The translations under genes were made by a program, and so were the position numbers. The notes beneath the pieces were generated by a model. It did no database searches, was not told the origin of the DNA, and worked only from the letters and a program-made list of their open reading frames with translations. DNA of 64,000 bases from a virus. Location: positions 1-64,000 of IMG/VR virus record IMGVR_UViG_3300025732_000021. The stretch is one strand, 5' to 3'. This document shows positions 54,927 through 64,000 of the stretch, one piece after another (the stretch's first letter is position 1; each line of letters begins with the position of its first letter).

Positions 54927-55625
54927 ATGTACGGAGATCCAAATAAATTACAAAACCAAATAGATAAAATAACAGAAAGTAGAAGCGGTGAACGTTTTTC
55001 TTTCACATCACCTATCCCTGGTCTTCATATTTATGATAATGTTTGGCCAAACTCTATGGATTTTATAAATGAAATAAGAACAGAGGAATATTGGAATAAC
55101 AATTCACATCGTGGTAGCAAACCTTGGATTCGTGAAGACTATTATAATGAATTAAATGGTAAAAAAGCAGAAACATGTTGGGTATGGAATGATCCAAGAT
55201 TTGCAGAACATTTTCAAGAAATTGTAGACTCTTATTTATGGCAGTGGGACTTGGCCCCATTAAGTAGAGAAGCCATGAGAATATCAAGATATGAGCCAGG
55301 TGAGTTTTTCTCTTTACATGCAGACGATTCGTATGGAACGCCAAGAACAGTATCCCTAGTTTATTATCCAAATGATGACTATGACGGAGGAGAATTAGAA
55401 TTTATTCATTTTGGTGTTAAAATTAAACCAAAGGCTGGACAACTATTTTTATTCCCGTCTGCGTATAGTTATATGCATAAAATACATGGCATTACTTCTG
55501 GTATAAGGTATACACTTGTTTCGTTTTTTGCAGAAATTTCAGAAAAAGAAAGACAAACTAGGATGTCTTCTATAGAATTTCCATATACTACTGATCTTCA
55601 ATATCAATTTTCAGATAATGCATAA
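54927..55625 (+). CDS. 2OG-Fe(II) oxygenase (P4H-like)
   Basis: HAD...YPNDDYDGGELEF...FPS.YSYMH...G.RY. Confidence 0.85.
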   Translation: MYGDPNKLQNQIDKITESRSGERFSFTSPIPGLHIYDNVWPNSMDFINEIRTEEYWNNNSHRGSKPWIREDYYNELNGKKAETCWVWNDPRFAEHFQEIVDSYLWQWDLAPLSREAMRISRYEPGEFFSLHADDSYGTPRTVSLVYYPNDDYDGGELEFIHFGVKIKPKAGQLFLFPSAYSYMHKIHGITSGIRYTLVSFFAEISEKERQTRMSSIEFPYTTDLQYQFSDNA

Positions 55626-56509
55626 TGACTTTAAAAAAAATAATTAACGACAAAGTTTATTCTGTACATGATGAAATAGAGTGTGAAAAAGGAATATTTC
55701 CAGCATGGATTGTTCAACCTGGATTTTTTTTAAAGGGTGGAGAATTAGTTTATAGAATTGAATGGGAAGATAACGTTCCAGAAAAGTCATTTTATTTTTT
55801 ACATATTCCAAAAACCTCTGGTATGTCTGTGAAAGAAGTATTGCTACATACCTATAAAGATCATAGAATCTATAGTAACTTTTTACAATATTTAGATGAT
55901 AAAGAAATGTTAAAATGTGATTTTATATCAGGTCATTTTGCGTTATATCCAATAGAATTATTTAAAAAACATGAAAAGAAATTATTTACATATACAATAC
56001 TTAGAAATCCAACAGACAGATATATAAGTAATTATTTATATAAAAATGAAAATCCTAGTTTAGAGAAGTTAGAAGAGCATATGTTTGATAATAGAAATGA
56101 TAATATGCAATATAAATATTTAACATGTACTCTCAATATGTCTGATTTAAAAAGATTTTATGATAAATTAGCATCAAAAGAAATTACTTTTGATCAATAT
56201 AAAGAATTTTCGTTATCATATAATGATTTAGTTCGGGTGTATAGCAACATTGATAGTGCTCTTTCAAATATAGATTATATTGAAACTATAGACAATCAAA
56301 ATGATTTATCAAATTTAAATAATTTTTTAGAAAAAAATATTAATATTTCTTTGTCAACAAAAATTAAAGGATATCAAAATACTGGAAGTGAAAAAAATAA
56401 TGAATTTAAAAAAACAATTCCAGATAGTTTTAAAAAATTAATAACAGAAAAACAAAATTTAGATTATGAATTATATGAAAAAGTAAAGATGGGCTACTAC
56501 AAAGAATAG
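55625..56509 (+). CDS. Sulfotransferase (family 2-like)
   Basis: FLHIPKTSGMS, ILRNPTDRYIS, LDYELY. Confidence 0.8.
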   Translation: MTLKKIINDKVYSVHDEIECEKGIFPAWIVQPGFFLKGGELVYRIEWEDNVPEKSFYFLHIPKTSGMSVKEVLLHTYKDHRIYSNFLQYLDDKEMLKCDFISGHFALYPIELFKKHEKKLFTYTILRNPTDRYISNYLYKNENPSLEKLEEHMFDNRNDNMQYKYLTCTLNMSDLKRFYDKLASKEITFDQYKEFSLSYNDLVRVYSNIDSALSNIDYIETIDNQNDLSNLNNFLEKNINISLSTKIKGYQNTGSEKNNEFKKTIPDSFKKLITEKQNLDYELYEKVKMGYYKE

Positions 56510-56522
56510 CCCATCCCTTTTA

Positions 56523-56774
56523 TTACTTCTTTTTTGCAGGAGCCTTCTTAGGCTTTACATTCTTAAGAACATCTTCAACAATAGATACTGCTGGTAATCT
56601 ACCAAATGCAGGATCGTTTGGATTCAATGCACGTAATGCAACTGGTGCTACAGCAGATACAAGAGACCACAATAATGTCTGTGGATCTGTAACTCCAGCC
56701 ATATATAAAGCAATTGCACCAGCGAGTACTGAACGTCCATATGATGCAAGCATTGCCTTCATTTCTTTATTCAT
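56523..56774 (-). CDS. Holin-like membrane protein
   Basis: Two hydrophobic segments followed by RALNPND.AFG and a basic tail; GGAGG SD. Confidence 0.6.
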   Translation of the reverse strand: MNKEMKAMLASYGRSVLAGAIALYMAGVTDPQTLLWSLVSAVAPVALRALNPNDPAFGRLPAVSIVEDVLKNVKPKKAPAKKK

Positions 56775-56783
56775 TTATTCCTC

Positions 56784-56942
56784 CTAGGATATGAATCTAG
56801 TTATGGCATCGTAACCTAGCCATAATCCAATTATACCAGCAACTCCTGCAAAAACTGGAGGTGCTGGAACTGGAAGTTTAAATGCTGCAAAAATAACTCC
56901 GCAGCCAAAACCAGTTATTATAGATAATAGTATATCTTTCAT
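56784..56942 (-). CDS. XapX/DUF1427 domain membrane protein
   Basis: Manual translation MKDILLSIITGFGCGVIFAAFKLPVPAPPVFAGVAGIIGLWLGY. Confidence 0.75.
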   Translation of the reverse strand: MKDILLSIITGFGCGVIFAAFKLPVPAPPVFAGVAGIIGLWLGYDAITRFIS

Positions 56943-57148
56943 GTTTCTCCTTTGATATTGTTTGGATGATCCATTGGTGTTGGAATGGTCATTAATGTAT
57001 CACACTCACTACACTCTCCATCTAAGAAATACATTCCAACTTCATAGTCAACTGGATCAAATATAACTTTAACCTTTATTATTTTTGATCCACACAAGGG
57101 ACAACAAGCAGAAGGAATGCCTCTTAAATCTAGTTTATTCTGTTTCAT
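56939..57148 (-). CDS. Zinc-ribbon protein
   Basis: DLRG.P...CPLCG...ECSEC. Confidence 0.65.
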   Translation of the reverse strand: MKQNKLDLRGIPSACCPLCGSKIIKVKVIFDPVDYEVGMYFLDGECSECDTLMTIPTPMDHPNNIKGET

Positions 57149-58679
57149 AAAATTTTTCTTTTAGTATTTCAAAATGCGACTTAGAATTATCTACAATACT
57201 ATCCCAATTTTTCTTTGCCTCTAATCTCTTACTAAAATATTCATCCATTTTAGTTTTTATATCAGAGTTATTAAAGTGCGACATTTTTTCTAATAAACTA
57301 ATATATGTTTTGTGGAAAGGCCTTATGCCAAATCCAGTTTTAATTGTATCAACATTTTTATTTGCCCACTCAACTGATGATTTAAAATAGTTTTCTGGAT
57401 ATTTTTTTGAAGTTATATGCTTCCAATATGGCGTATCTTCTCTTTGAGATAATGCATAATGCATTCCAACAAAATCAAACATTCTTTCAATTCTAGTTTT
57501 TGTCTTATAGTTAAAATTATCTATATCGTATTGTGTTACATGCTCTCTTTCAAGAGCATCAACCAAAGTAAAACAATTTTGATGAGTTAGTAACAATCCA
57601 GTACTTTCTAATGGTTCTAAAAATCCTGCAGATAATCCAATAGCAACTACATTTTTAACCCAAAATCTGTCATAATACCCATTAGTAATTTTTATATTTT
57701 TAAAAGTTAAATTTTTAGATCTATTTGGATCATGAACTACCATTTTGTCTGAATCTAAATAATTTTTATATTCTTCTAATGCATCATCATCTGAAATAAA
57801 TTCATTACAGTATACGTACCCAGAGCCTATTCTATTCCATAAAGGAATATTCCAAATCCACCCATTATTTATAGCAGTACAATTTGTAAAAGTTTGTAAT
57901 TCTTTCTCTTTATCAGTATATGGAATATGTGCAGTCCATGCTCTATTATTTGGAAGGTATTCAGCAGTAGAAATAAATTTTTCTTTCATAAAATTACCCA
58001 AAAGGATACTTTTAAATCCAGAACAATCTATAAATAAGTCAGCATAAACTTTAGTGCCATTGTCTAAAAGTATAGATGTTATACCATTTTCATTTCCATC
58101 AATATCAGTAACTGTACCAAATATTCTATTTACACCCCTGGGGATAGCATAATATTCTGCAAGCCAGTTACCAAGTTTAGTAGCATCCATCTGCAATGCT
58201 AAATCCCTATGAGGCTGATATGGATTCATTGAGTCTATATGATCAATTACAAGTTTGTTTGTTTCCATGCTTTTAGCCTGCGGGAAAAAATATCTTACAT
58301 AATCTTGATCTTCTGTTTTTGGATAAAATGCTTTTTTATAATGCCAATCATCAAGTCCATAATGTGTTATTTCTGGGTCTAAATTGGGGTGTCCAAACGG
58401 ATAATAAAATGTTGGCGAATCTTTAGTTTTAAAGTTAGTAAAACCTATTGCCACTTTATAGGCAGCATTTGTATATTTCATAATGCTTGAATAGTCTAAA
58501 TCTAAAAAATTAAAAAATCCATTTATTTCAAATGTAGTACTTTCTCCTACACCAATAATTGGAATATCTGTGCTTTCAATTAAAGAAATATTTTTTTCTG
58601 GGTATGCTTTTATTAGTGCAGATGCAGTCATCCATCCAGCAGAACCCCCGCCAACTATTACTATTTTATTAATTTGCAT
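57135..58679 (-). CDS. Flavin-dependent (tryptophan halogenase family) halogenase
   Basis: GGGSAGW, IGVGEST, conserved Lys in AAYK, FIDCSGF, WIWNIP, GFLEPLESTG. Confidence 0.9.
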   Translation of the reverse strand: MQINKIVIVGGGSAGWMTASALIKAYPEKNISLIESTDIPIIGVGESTTFEINGFFNFLDLDYSSIMKYTNAAYKVAIGFTNFKTKDSPTFYYPFGHPNLDPEITHYGLDDWHYKKAFYPKTEDQDYVRYFFPQAKSMETNKLVIDHIDSMNPYQPHRDLALQMDATKLGNWLAEYYAIPRGVNRIFGTVTDIDGNENGITSILLDNGTKVYADLFIDCSGFKSILLGNFMKEKFISTAEYLPNNRAWTAHIPYTDKEKELQTFTNCTAINNGWIWNIPLWNRIGSGYVYCNEFISDDDALEEYKNYLDSDKMVVHDPNRSKNLTFKNIKITNGYYDRFWVKNVVAIGLSAGFLEPLESTGLLLTHQNCFTLVDALEREHVTQYDIDNFNYKTKTRIERMFDFVGMHYALSQREDTPYWKHITSKKYPENYFKSSVEWANKNVDTIKTGFGIRPFHKTYISLLEKMSHFNNSDIKTKMDEYFSKRLEAKKNWDSIVDNSKSHFEILKEKFYETE

Positions 58680-59031
58680 CTGGCTTCATACTTTCTAAGT
58701 TATCAAAAGCCTTTTTAATTCTAAGAACAGATAAATCATTTGGAGACGATGACTCTTGATCTAAAATTTTAGCAAATGTAATTAATTCTTTTTGTAAATC
58801 TTCAATATACTTATACGCCATATCTCTTGTTTCAGTTAAAAATGCTATTAGATGTTCTTGTTCAATATTTTCTGAATTATTTTCTATTTTTTCTTTAATA
58901 CTGTTTATATCTATGGCAGATTGTGTTAACAAAAACATTAACTCTATATTTTTATTTTTTAATCTTATGTTTTCTATAACTGCGCCAACAATAACTATAA
59001 CAACTAAAATAAAAACTAATAAATCAAGCAT
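58669..59031 (-). CDS. Membrane-anchored coiled-coil protein
   Basis: N-terminal transmembrane helix. Confidence 0.6.
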   Translation of the reverse strand: MLDLLVFILVVIVIVGAVIENIRLKNKNIELMFLLTQSAIDINSIKEKIENNSENIEQEHLIAFLTETRDMAYKYIEDLQKELITFAKILDQESSSPNDLSVLRIKKAFDNLESMKPDAN

Positions 59032-59521
59032 ATTTATCCTCGTGTGTTGGCCAATAATACTTACAAGGTTCTTTACGATTTGGACAGCAAGGTGAGTTAT
59101 TTATGCTATAAATAGCGTGTTGAAATTTTGCATAATAAAGAGGATCTTTTTTAAATAAATTTGCTTTGTGTGTGGTAATAACAAGCATTAATTTATTTTT
59201 ATCTATAAACCATTTAGGTTTATTTTTACCCCAAATTTTAGAAAATCTTGTTTTTAATAATTTCATATTTTCTTGATTTTTATCAACTTTTATATTTCTA
59301 GACTTTGCTTCTTTAATCATTGCATAAACGTATTCATTAAGCATCCATTCGCTGCCTTTCCACATAAGTACGGCAGGATGATTGCGCCAACCACCAGTAG
59401 GTGAGTTTCCAGAGAGCACATTTAGTATTTGGTAGCCTTCTAATATTTGCTTATTTAATCTTTTAGAATCAAGCATTTTTGCACAGATATTAAAATCTGA
59501 TGATGGTAGAAATGTTTGCAT
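59024..59521 (-). CDS. Pyrimidine-dimer DNA glycosylase-like protein (MSMEG_6728 family)
   Basis: MQTFLP...LD.KRL.KQ..E...GW.NHPAV.MW.G...H..NL..KDP..Y. Confidence 0.85.
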   Translation of the reverse strand: MQTFLPSSDFNICAKMLDSKRLNKQILEGYQILNVLSGNSPTGGWRNHPAVLMWKGSEWMLNEYVYAMIKEAKSRNIKVDKNQENMKLLKTRFSKIWGKNKPKWFIDKNKLMLVITTHKANLFKKDPLYYAKFQHAIYSINNSPCCPNRKEPCKYYWPTHEDKYA

Positions 59522-59651
59522 TATAGATCTTCCTCGTCTTCTATATCTCCAAATATATCAAAGTCTTCAATTTTTGTCAACTGCCTAACCCAAAATGTTA
59601 ATATTGTTGATAAGGTTATTATTCCAATAATGCCAAAAATAAATTTATTTT

Positions 59652-59888
59652 TCATTTTCCGCCTTCTCTTACTAATAAGACAATGGCACCATTATCTTCT
59701 AATGCTTTTTTTACTCTTACCATATATTCTACAGCACGACGCTTGTCTTCGTCAAGTAACGACATAAAAGATTTTTCTGATGCTTTAACAGTAATAAAAT
59801 TATCATTATCTATAAGTTCTAAACTAAAACCTTTAGGACAAAAATGGTTTAATGACCTAAAAGCCCTACGCATTCCATCTGTATACAT
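59652..59888 (-). CDS. Hypothetical protein
   Basis: ORF within the operon. Confidence 0.6.
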   Translation of the reverse strand: MYTDGMRRAFRSLNHFCPKGFSLELIDNDNFITVKASEKSFMSLLDEDKRRAVEYMVRVKKALEDNGAIVLLVREGGK

Positions 59889-60191
59889 TTATGACAAAAG
59901 GTCTTCTGATTGTTTTGGCGCTGTAATAATAATAGCCTTAGAACCTTCCCAACGAACTCTTCCCTTACATCCAACATTCCATTTTGTCTCACCGTTATGC
60001 TGATTCACAATATCATAAACATATCCATGAATTTCAAATCCACTTGCTAAATTTTCAACTCCATTAATAAAAATTCTCCATACCAAAGGATCTTCTGGTT
60101 GTGCCTTTGTATTAAACCTTACAGTAATTTCATCATATGGTCTAATCCAACGGTCTTTTACTATTTCCCAAATATATTTAATTTTATTCAT
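59889..60191 (-). CDS. Hypothetical protein
   Basis: ORF within the operon. Confidence 0.6.
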   Translation of the reverse strand: MNKIKYIWEIVKDRWIRPYDEITVRFNTKAQPEDPLVWRIFINGVENLASGFEIHGYVYDIVNQHNGETKWNVGCKGRVRWEGSKAIIITAPKQSEDLLS

Positions 60192-60949
60192 ATTCCCATT
60201 TCCTTACGTTTTTGTGTCGCAGAAATAGCCTGTATTTCTGGAGCAAGTTCAATCTGTTCAATTTTATATCCTACATCACGACCATAAACTATGTTAGTAA
60301 TATTTGGCAAACGTAGCACCATTGCCCCATCCATAAACTCATCTTTTGAAATATATTCTTTAACTTGATCAAATTTAAGCGGATCTTTTGGACTTGTGTT
60401 ATATGTATTGCGTACCCCAAGAAGCACTTGTTTTGTTCTTTTCCCAGCCTCTTCATACAAAGCATGATGGCCTTCATGCCAAGGCTGATATCTACCAAGC
60501 ATTAATGTTGTAGGTGCTGACCAATCGTGTAAATTAAATTGATTAATGATTACCGATGCTTTTTCATTGGCATCCCATTCATGACTAATAAATGCCATAT
60601 CAAAGTTAGATGGCACTTCAAACATTTTATTAGTATCTTCAAATCTACCAGCCTCAATTGTTTCCATATAAACTAAAATATCTGGCTTACCAAATGCTGC
60701 ACGAGTTAATTCTGTAGGACAAACAAAATCAACTACTACTGGTGCAACCCCTTGTTTTGCAATAAGACGAGCCATCTCACCCATTCGTCTTGCCTGCTCA
60801 ATCCTATCTTCATGGCTAAAGCCAAGGTCAGAATTTACGGTAGCACGAACCTCATCCGCATTAAGATGAATAGCATTAATTCGTTCTTTTAATGCTTTTG
60901 CTAACTCTGTCTTACCAGAACCTGGTAATCCTATAATTTGTATAATCAT
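60188..60949 (-). CDS. cysC: Adenylyl-sulfate kinase fused to a HIGH-motif nucleotidyltransferase domain
   Basis: GLPGSGKT, NADEVR...DLGFS.EDR, FE.P; C-terminal GRYQPWHEGH...ISAT..R. Confidence 0.8.
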   Translation of the reverse strand: MIIQIIGLPGSGKTELAKALKERINAIHLNADEVRATVNSDLGFSHEDRIEQARRMGEMARLIAKQGVAPVVVDFVCPTELTRAAFGKPDILVYMETIEAGRFEDTNKMFEVPSNFDMAFISHEWDANEKASVIINQFNLHDWSAPTTLMLGRYQPWHEGHHALYEEAGKRTKQVLLGVRNTYNTSPKDPLKFDQVKEYISKDEFMDGAMVLRLPNITNIVYGRDVGYKIEQIELAPEIQAISATQKRKEMGI

Positions 60950-61152
60950 TCAAAATCCCTCTGACTTTCAAAAATTTTATTTATATCATCTTCAATTATA
61001 TCAAATGATCTATTATCATGATTTTTACATACAGGATGTATTGAGTAACCATCTGCAATTATTGTTATTGCAAAACCATCACAGTAATAACATTTAGACA
61101 TAATTTTTTTATTTTTTTGTCTTAAAAATTCTAAATATTCTTTATTGTTCAT
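60946..61152 (-). CDS. Small Zn-binding protein
   Basis: CYYC...VCKNH. Confidence 0.55.
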   Translation of the reverse strand: MNNKEYLEFLRQKNKKIMSKCYYCDGFAITIIADGYSIHPVCKNHDNRSFDIIEDDINKIFESQRDFE

Positions 61153-61154
61153 TT

Positions 61155-61595
61155 TTATACTCTTCCAATATGATCACTACAGATTCCAGCCATCTGCATA
61201 TTTAAAACATCTGCGGTTGGCATTTCTTGATGAACCAAAATACTTTTTGGTGTAACTGGCATACCAGGGTATGTCCATATATAATGATTAGTAGTTATTG
61301 TAAAATCATCTTCTTGGTGCCAAAACGCATTATAATATTTTGGCATTGATAAAACTAAATCTAAGGCTTCTAAATTTTTACAATGAATCCATAACTTTTT
61401 AATATAAGAATTTAAAAAATATATGTCGATCTCATATGTTGGTTTATCATGTCCTAAATACATTTTATTATTTACAAACCAAAAATCTATTTCAACATTG
61501 TATCCAGCATTTATAGCCTCAGCAATATAATCTGGGGAGTTTTCTCTTGATTCATTTTTACCATATAGATTACCCCTATGTGATATTTTAATCAT
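61155..61595 (-). CDS. PI-PLC/GDPD-like phosphodiesterase (minimal)
   Basis: ISHRGN...EN...G.NVEID...LGHD...WIHCKN...GICSD. Confidence 0.75.
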   Translation of the reverse strand: MIKISHRGNLYGKNESRENSPDYIAEAINAGYNVEIDFWFVNNKMYLGHDKPTYEIDIYFLNSYIKKLWIHCKNLEALDLVLSMPKYYNAFWHQEDDFTITTNHYIWTYPGMPVTPKSILVHQEMPTADVLNMQMAGICSDHIGRV

Positions 61596-62793
61596 TAACA
61601 ATTCCCCACTTTTCTATAGCAGAAATATATTCTGGACCATAGGACTTATCTATAGCCTGCCTCATGGCCATAGTGCCCCCTAAAGTGCCACCAGAATGCC
61701 CGTGGATGGCTCCTCCTACGTTTGCCATATAGTTTATACCAAACCTTCTGCTTATAGCCTCTACAAGGCCAGGATGCATTCCGCAACTTAGCGCTGGCAC
61801 AACATTATTATCATTTAATAAATCTATAGATCTTTTTAAATTATCTTCGTCATCACTTAAATACCCACCCCACATACCAGTATGTATCGTATCTACTCCC
61901 ATTAATGCTGCTAACTTACAAATAACATACCAATCAATTCTAAAATTATGACTAGGATTTGTTAATATCTTATCCCCGCTTTTTTGAAAATGCATATATA
62001 TTGGAAGATCCATTTTTCGTATAGAGTTATATGCTCCAAATCCGCTCCAGAAGTTTACATGTACACCATTACCACCATTTTCATATACTGTTTTTACTCT
62101 ATTTAAAATAGCATGTGGATCAGCATTAATACAATGAGCAAAAACTACCTTTCTTCCAGAATCTGCGATAATGTTAGCAATGTGCTCAACTCTTTCTTCT
62201 AGCCTACAAAATGTTGGGTTAGATAATATTTCATCTTCTTTAATAAAATCAACGCCACCATCAATTAACTCTTTAACTATATATCCTAGTTGTTTAACTG
62301 ATATTCCAGTTTTAGGTTTTACAATACCGCCTAACAATGGCTTATTTTTTTGTCCAGTTAACTCTCTTATTCCAGACATACCAAACTTAGGGCCAAGAAA
62401 ACTCTTTTTTACACTTTCTGGAAATTCAACATCTACCACTCTACATACTTTAAATACATCAATGTCTAATTGTCCACCCATAATCTGACATAAGAAATGC
62501 GAAATACCATCGTTATCCCAATCTGAATTTATTTTTGGAAAACCAATTTTAACAAAACCATTTAGTGCTAATTTTAATTTTTCTTCATCATCATAAATAA
62601 CACATGATGACATTTCAAATATATCATCAGTTTCCCAACTATTTCTTTGTTTTGGATTACCAACACTTTGTCCAATAGCAAGCGCCCATGCAGCATCATT
62701 TAATCTACCATGTGAAGGATTGACTTCTATATAATATGTTACAACTATACATCTTTGTTTTTCAGAGTCGTCTAAGTCTCTATAAAACTTCAT
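61588..62793 (-). CDS. RuBisCO-like protein (form IV RLP)
   Basis: GPKFG..GIR, IVKPKTG, GGVDFIKEDE, HTG, P.LS.G.H, GGAIHGH. Confidence 0.9.
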   Translation of the reverse strand: MKFYRDLDDSEKQRCIVVTYYIEVNPSHGRLNDAAWALAIGQSVGNPKQRNSWETDDIFEMSSCVIYDDEEKLKLALNGFVKIGFPKINSDWDNDGISHFLCQIMGGQLDIDVFKVCRVVDVEFPESVKKSFLGPKFGMSGIRELTGQKNKPLLGGIVKPKTGISVKQLGYIVKELIDGGVDFIKEDEILSNPTFCRLEERVEHIANIIADSGRKVVFAHCINADPHAILNRVKTVYENGGNGVHVNFWSGFGAYNSIRKMDLPIYMHFQKSGDKILTNPSHNFRIDWYVICKLAALMGVDTIHTGMWGGYLSDDEDNLKRSIDLLNDNNVVPALSCGMHPGLVEAISRRFGINYMANVGGAIHGHSGGTLGGTMAMRQAIDKSYGPEYISAIEKWGIVND

Positions 62794-63103
62794 ACTTATC
62801 TCCTATAATAGATGGAACTTTTACTACTAAAACTGAACAATCTTCTAAAAATATTGGATCTGCTATATCTCCTGGATTAAAAACAAAAACGTCTCCAGAT
62901 TTTAATTCTTTTCCTTGTATTATCATTCTACCAGATACAAGAACATTATATTCTGTTGCAACCTCATGGTAATGTTTTGGCCACATTTCTCCAGCCTTAT
63001 GAGTTAACAAACCAACCTCAAATTTATCTGTTTTTAATAAAGACGGATCAAAGTTTCCTATAATCCATCCTCTGGTAAAGTCTTCTATTCTTCTAATTTC
63101 CAT
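62780..63103 (-). CDS. Cupin-fold protein
   Basis: RGWIIGNFDP...HYHEVATEY...VVKVPS..GDKY. Confidence 0.75.
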   Translation of the reverse strand: MEIRRIEDFTRGWIIGNFDPSLLKTDKFEVGLLTHKAGEMWPKHYHEVATEYNVLVSGRMIIQGKELKSGDVFVFNPGDIADPIFLEDCSVLVVKVPSIIGDKYEVL

Positions 63104-63813
63104 AGTTTCTCCATATATAGTTCTAAATCAGAAGGTACTCCAACAGCATTATGTTGAAAAGAAGGTATGTGATAAATTCCAATTTTTTTACCATCTTTAA
63201 TCATTGAATTATAAGTAGGTCCTACATAAAATTCTCCATTATATCTTTCGTTATTTAATATCATTTTGCTTGCACTATCAACAAAATCTTTTCCATGTTT
63301 CCAATAATGTATTCCATTTAATGATATATCACTTATAATTTCTTTTTCTTTTATTTCTAAAACTAATCCATTTTTATTTATTTTAGCATAACTATTTTTA
63401 TCTGTATTTGCGGTATAAGTTACAATCATTCCATCATATTTTGAATTACGTGCTACCTGTAAAAATAAATCAGAATCCCACCACATTATTTGATCAGAGT
63501 TAGCAATTATGAGTTCTTCATCATTATTGATAAAATCTTTTGCCATCAAGCATGTTTCTGCTGGTCCATTTGTTAATTTATCAATCTTAATAATATTACA
63601 TGTTGGCTCAATGTTTTTTAATGTTGAATATAATTCATCAAAAAATATGTTATCTCTAACTACAAAATTATACTTTCCTTTTATAGATAAAGAATTTATG
63701 GCATGCTGTATCATAGAAATTCCATTTATTTTTATTAATGGCTTAGTTGTTTTATATATGTCTACTGGAAACCTACTACCAAGTCCAGCAATTGGAATAA
63801 GTATATTAGTCAT
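63085..63813 (-). CDS. Sugar-phosphate nucleotidyltransferase (GT-A, RfbA/GlmU-like)
   Basis: LIPIAGLGSRF...KPLI, T.GPAET, IANSDQ, EK..IS, NGEFYV.P.YN. Confidence 0.85.
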   Translation of the reverse strand: MTNILIPIAGLGSRFPVDIYKTTKPLIKINGISMIQHAINSLSIKGKYNFVVRDNIFFDELYSTLKNIEPTCNIIKIDKLTNGPAETCLMAKDFINNDEELIIANSDQIMWWDSDLFLQVARNSKYDGMIVTYTANTDKNSYAKINKNGLVLEIKEKEIISDISLNGIHYWKHGKDFVDSASKMILNNERYNGEFYVGPTYNSMIKDGKKIGIYHIPSFQHNAVGVPSDLELYMEKLWKLEE

Positions 63814-64000
63814 ATATTTTTATAAACCTTTCAAGTTCTTTTTCTATTTTATCATATTTTCTAGTGACATTTGGTACTGATACATATATTTTTTCAGAAA
63901 ATAAAGAAGATATTAGATAAAAATGAAAATGAAATTCTATATTCTGTTTAAGTAATTGTGTTGTACTTAACTCTATAATGGTTGTATTTTTTCTCATAAA
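63806..64000 (-). CDS. C-terminal end of a probable glycosyltransferase (GT61/DUF563-like); 5' part lies outside the window
   Basis: FM.KNTTIIEL...H..Y pattern; the frame is open to the window edge. Confidence 0.4.
   Translation of the reverse strand, partial: FMRKNTTIIELSTTQLLKQNIEFHFHFYLISSLFSEKIYVSVPNVTRKYDKIEKELERFIKIYD

Noticed and set aside
61588-62793. RuBisCO as a phage carbon-fixation gene
   Set aside because: Loop-6 Lys and H294/R295 equivalents appear substituted, and there is no small subunit or phosphoribulokinase; it is a form IV RLP.
1-64000. Stop-codon reassignment, introns or inteins
   Set aside because: Genes such as nrdJ and the portal read through intact in the standard code, no suppressor tRNA is present, and no intein motifs were noticed.

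Overview
This is a 64-kb piece of a large, AT-rich, tailed dsDNA phage. The host is most likely a freshwater actinobacterium, inferred from GAAAGG(A) Shine-Dalgarno sites, widespread leaderless promoters, PafBC-type promoters and an MSMEG_6728-type gene. From 1 to 25.7 kb (minus strand) it carries head genes (major capsid N-terminus, protease/scaffold, portal), a class II ribonucleotide reductase and tail/baseplate/fibre genes. Two of the virion-type proteins have Phe-rich repeats and end in the same FNFAPWG peptide. 26-30.7 kb holds 2OG-Fe(II) oxygenases and other accessory genes. 30.8-41.2 kb is an 'early'-type island of small genes with strong SD sites. Its intergenic DNA holds six TGTCAG-N10-TANNNT (PafBC/RecA-NDp-like) promoters, about nine CRP-like boxes, a tandem pair of DnaA boxes, GACAC motifs and four of five copies of a covarying H-type RNA pseudoknot. 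41.2-41.9 kb is a symmetric repeat array that may be an origin or packaging site. 46.0-46.6 kb has eight tRNAs. 46.6-64 kb is a modification-enzyme region: two RsmI-like methyltransferases, Hsp20, oxygenases, sulfotransferases, a flavin halogenase, an APS kinase-nucleotidyltransferase fusion, and a nucleotidyltransferase-cupin-RuBisCO-like-phosphodiesterase cluster. All calls come from motif reading by eye; no database searches were run.
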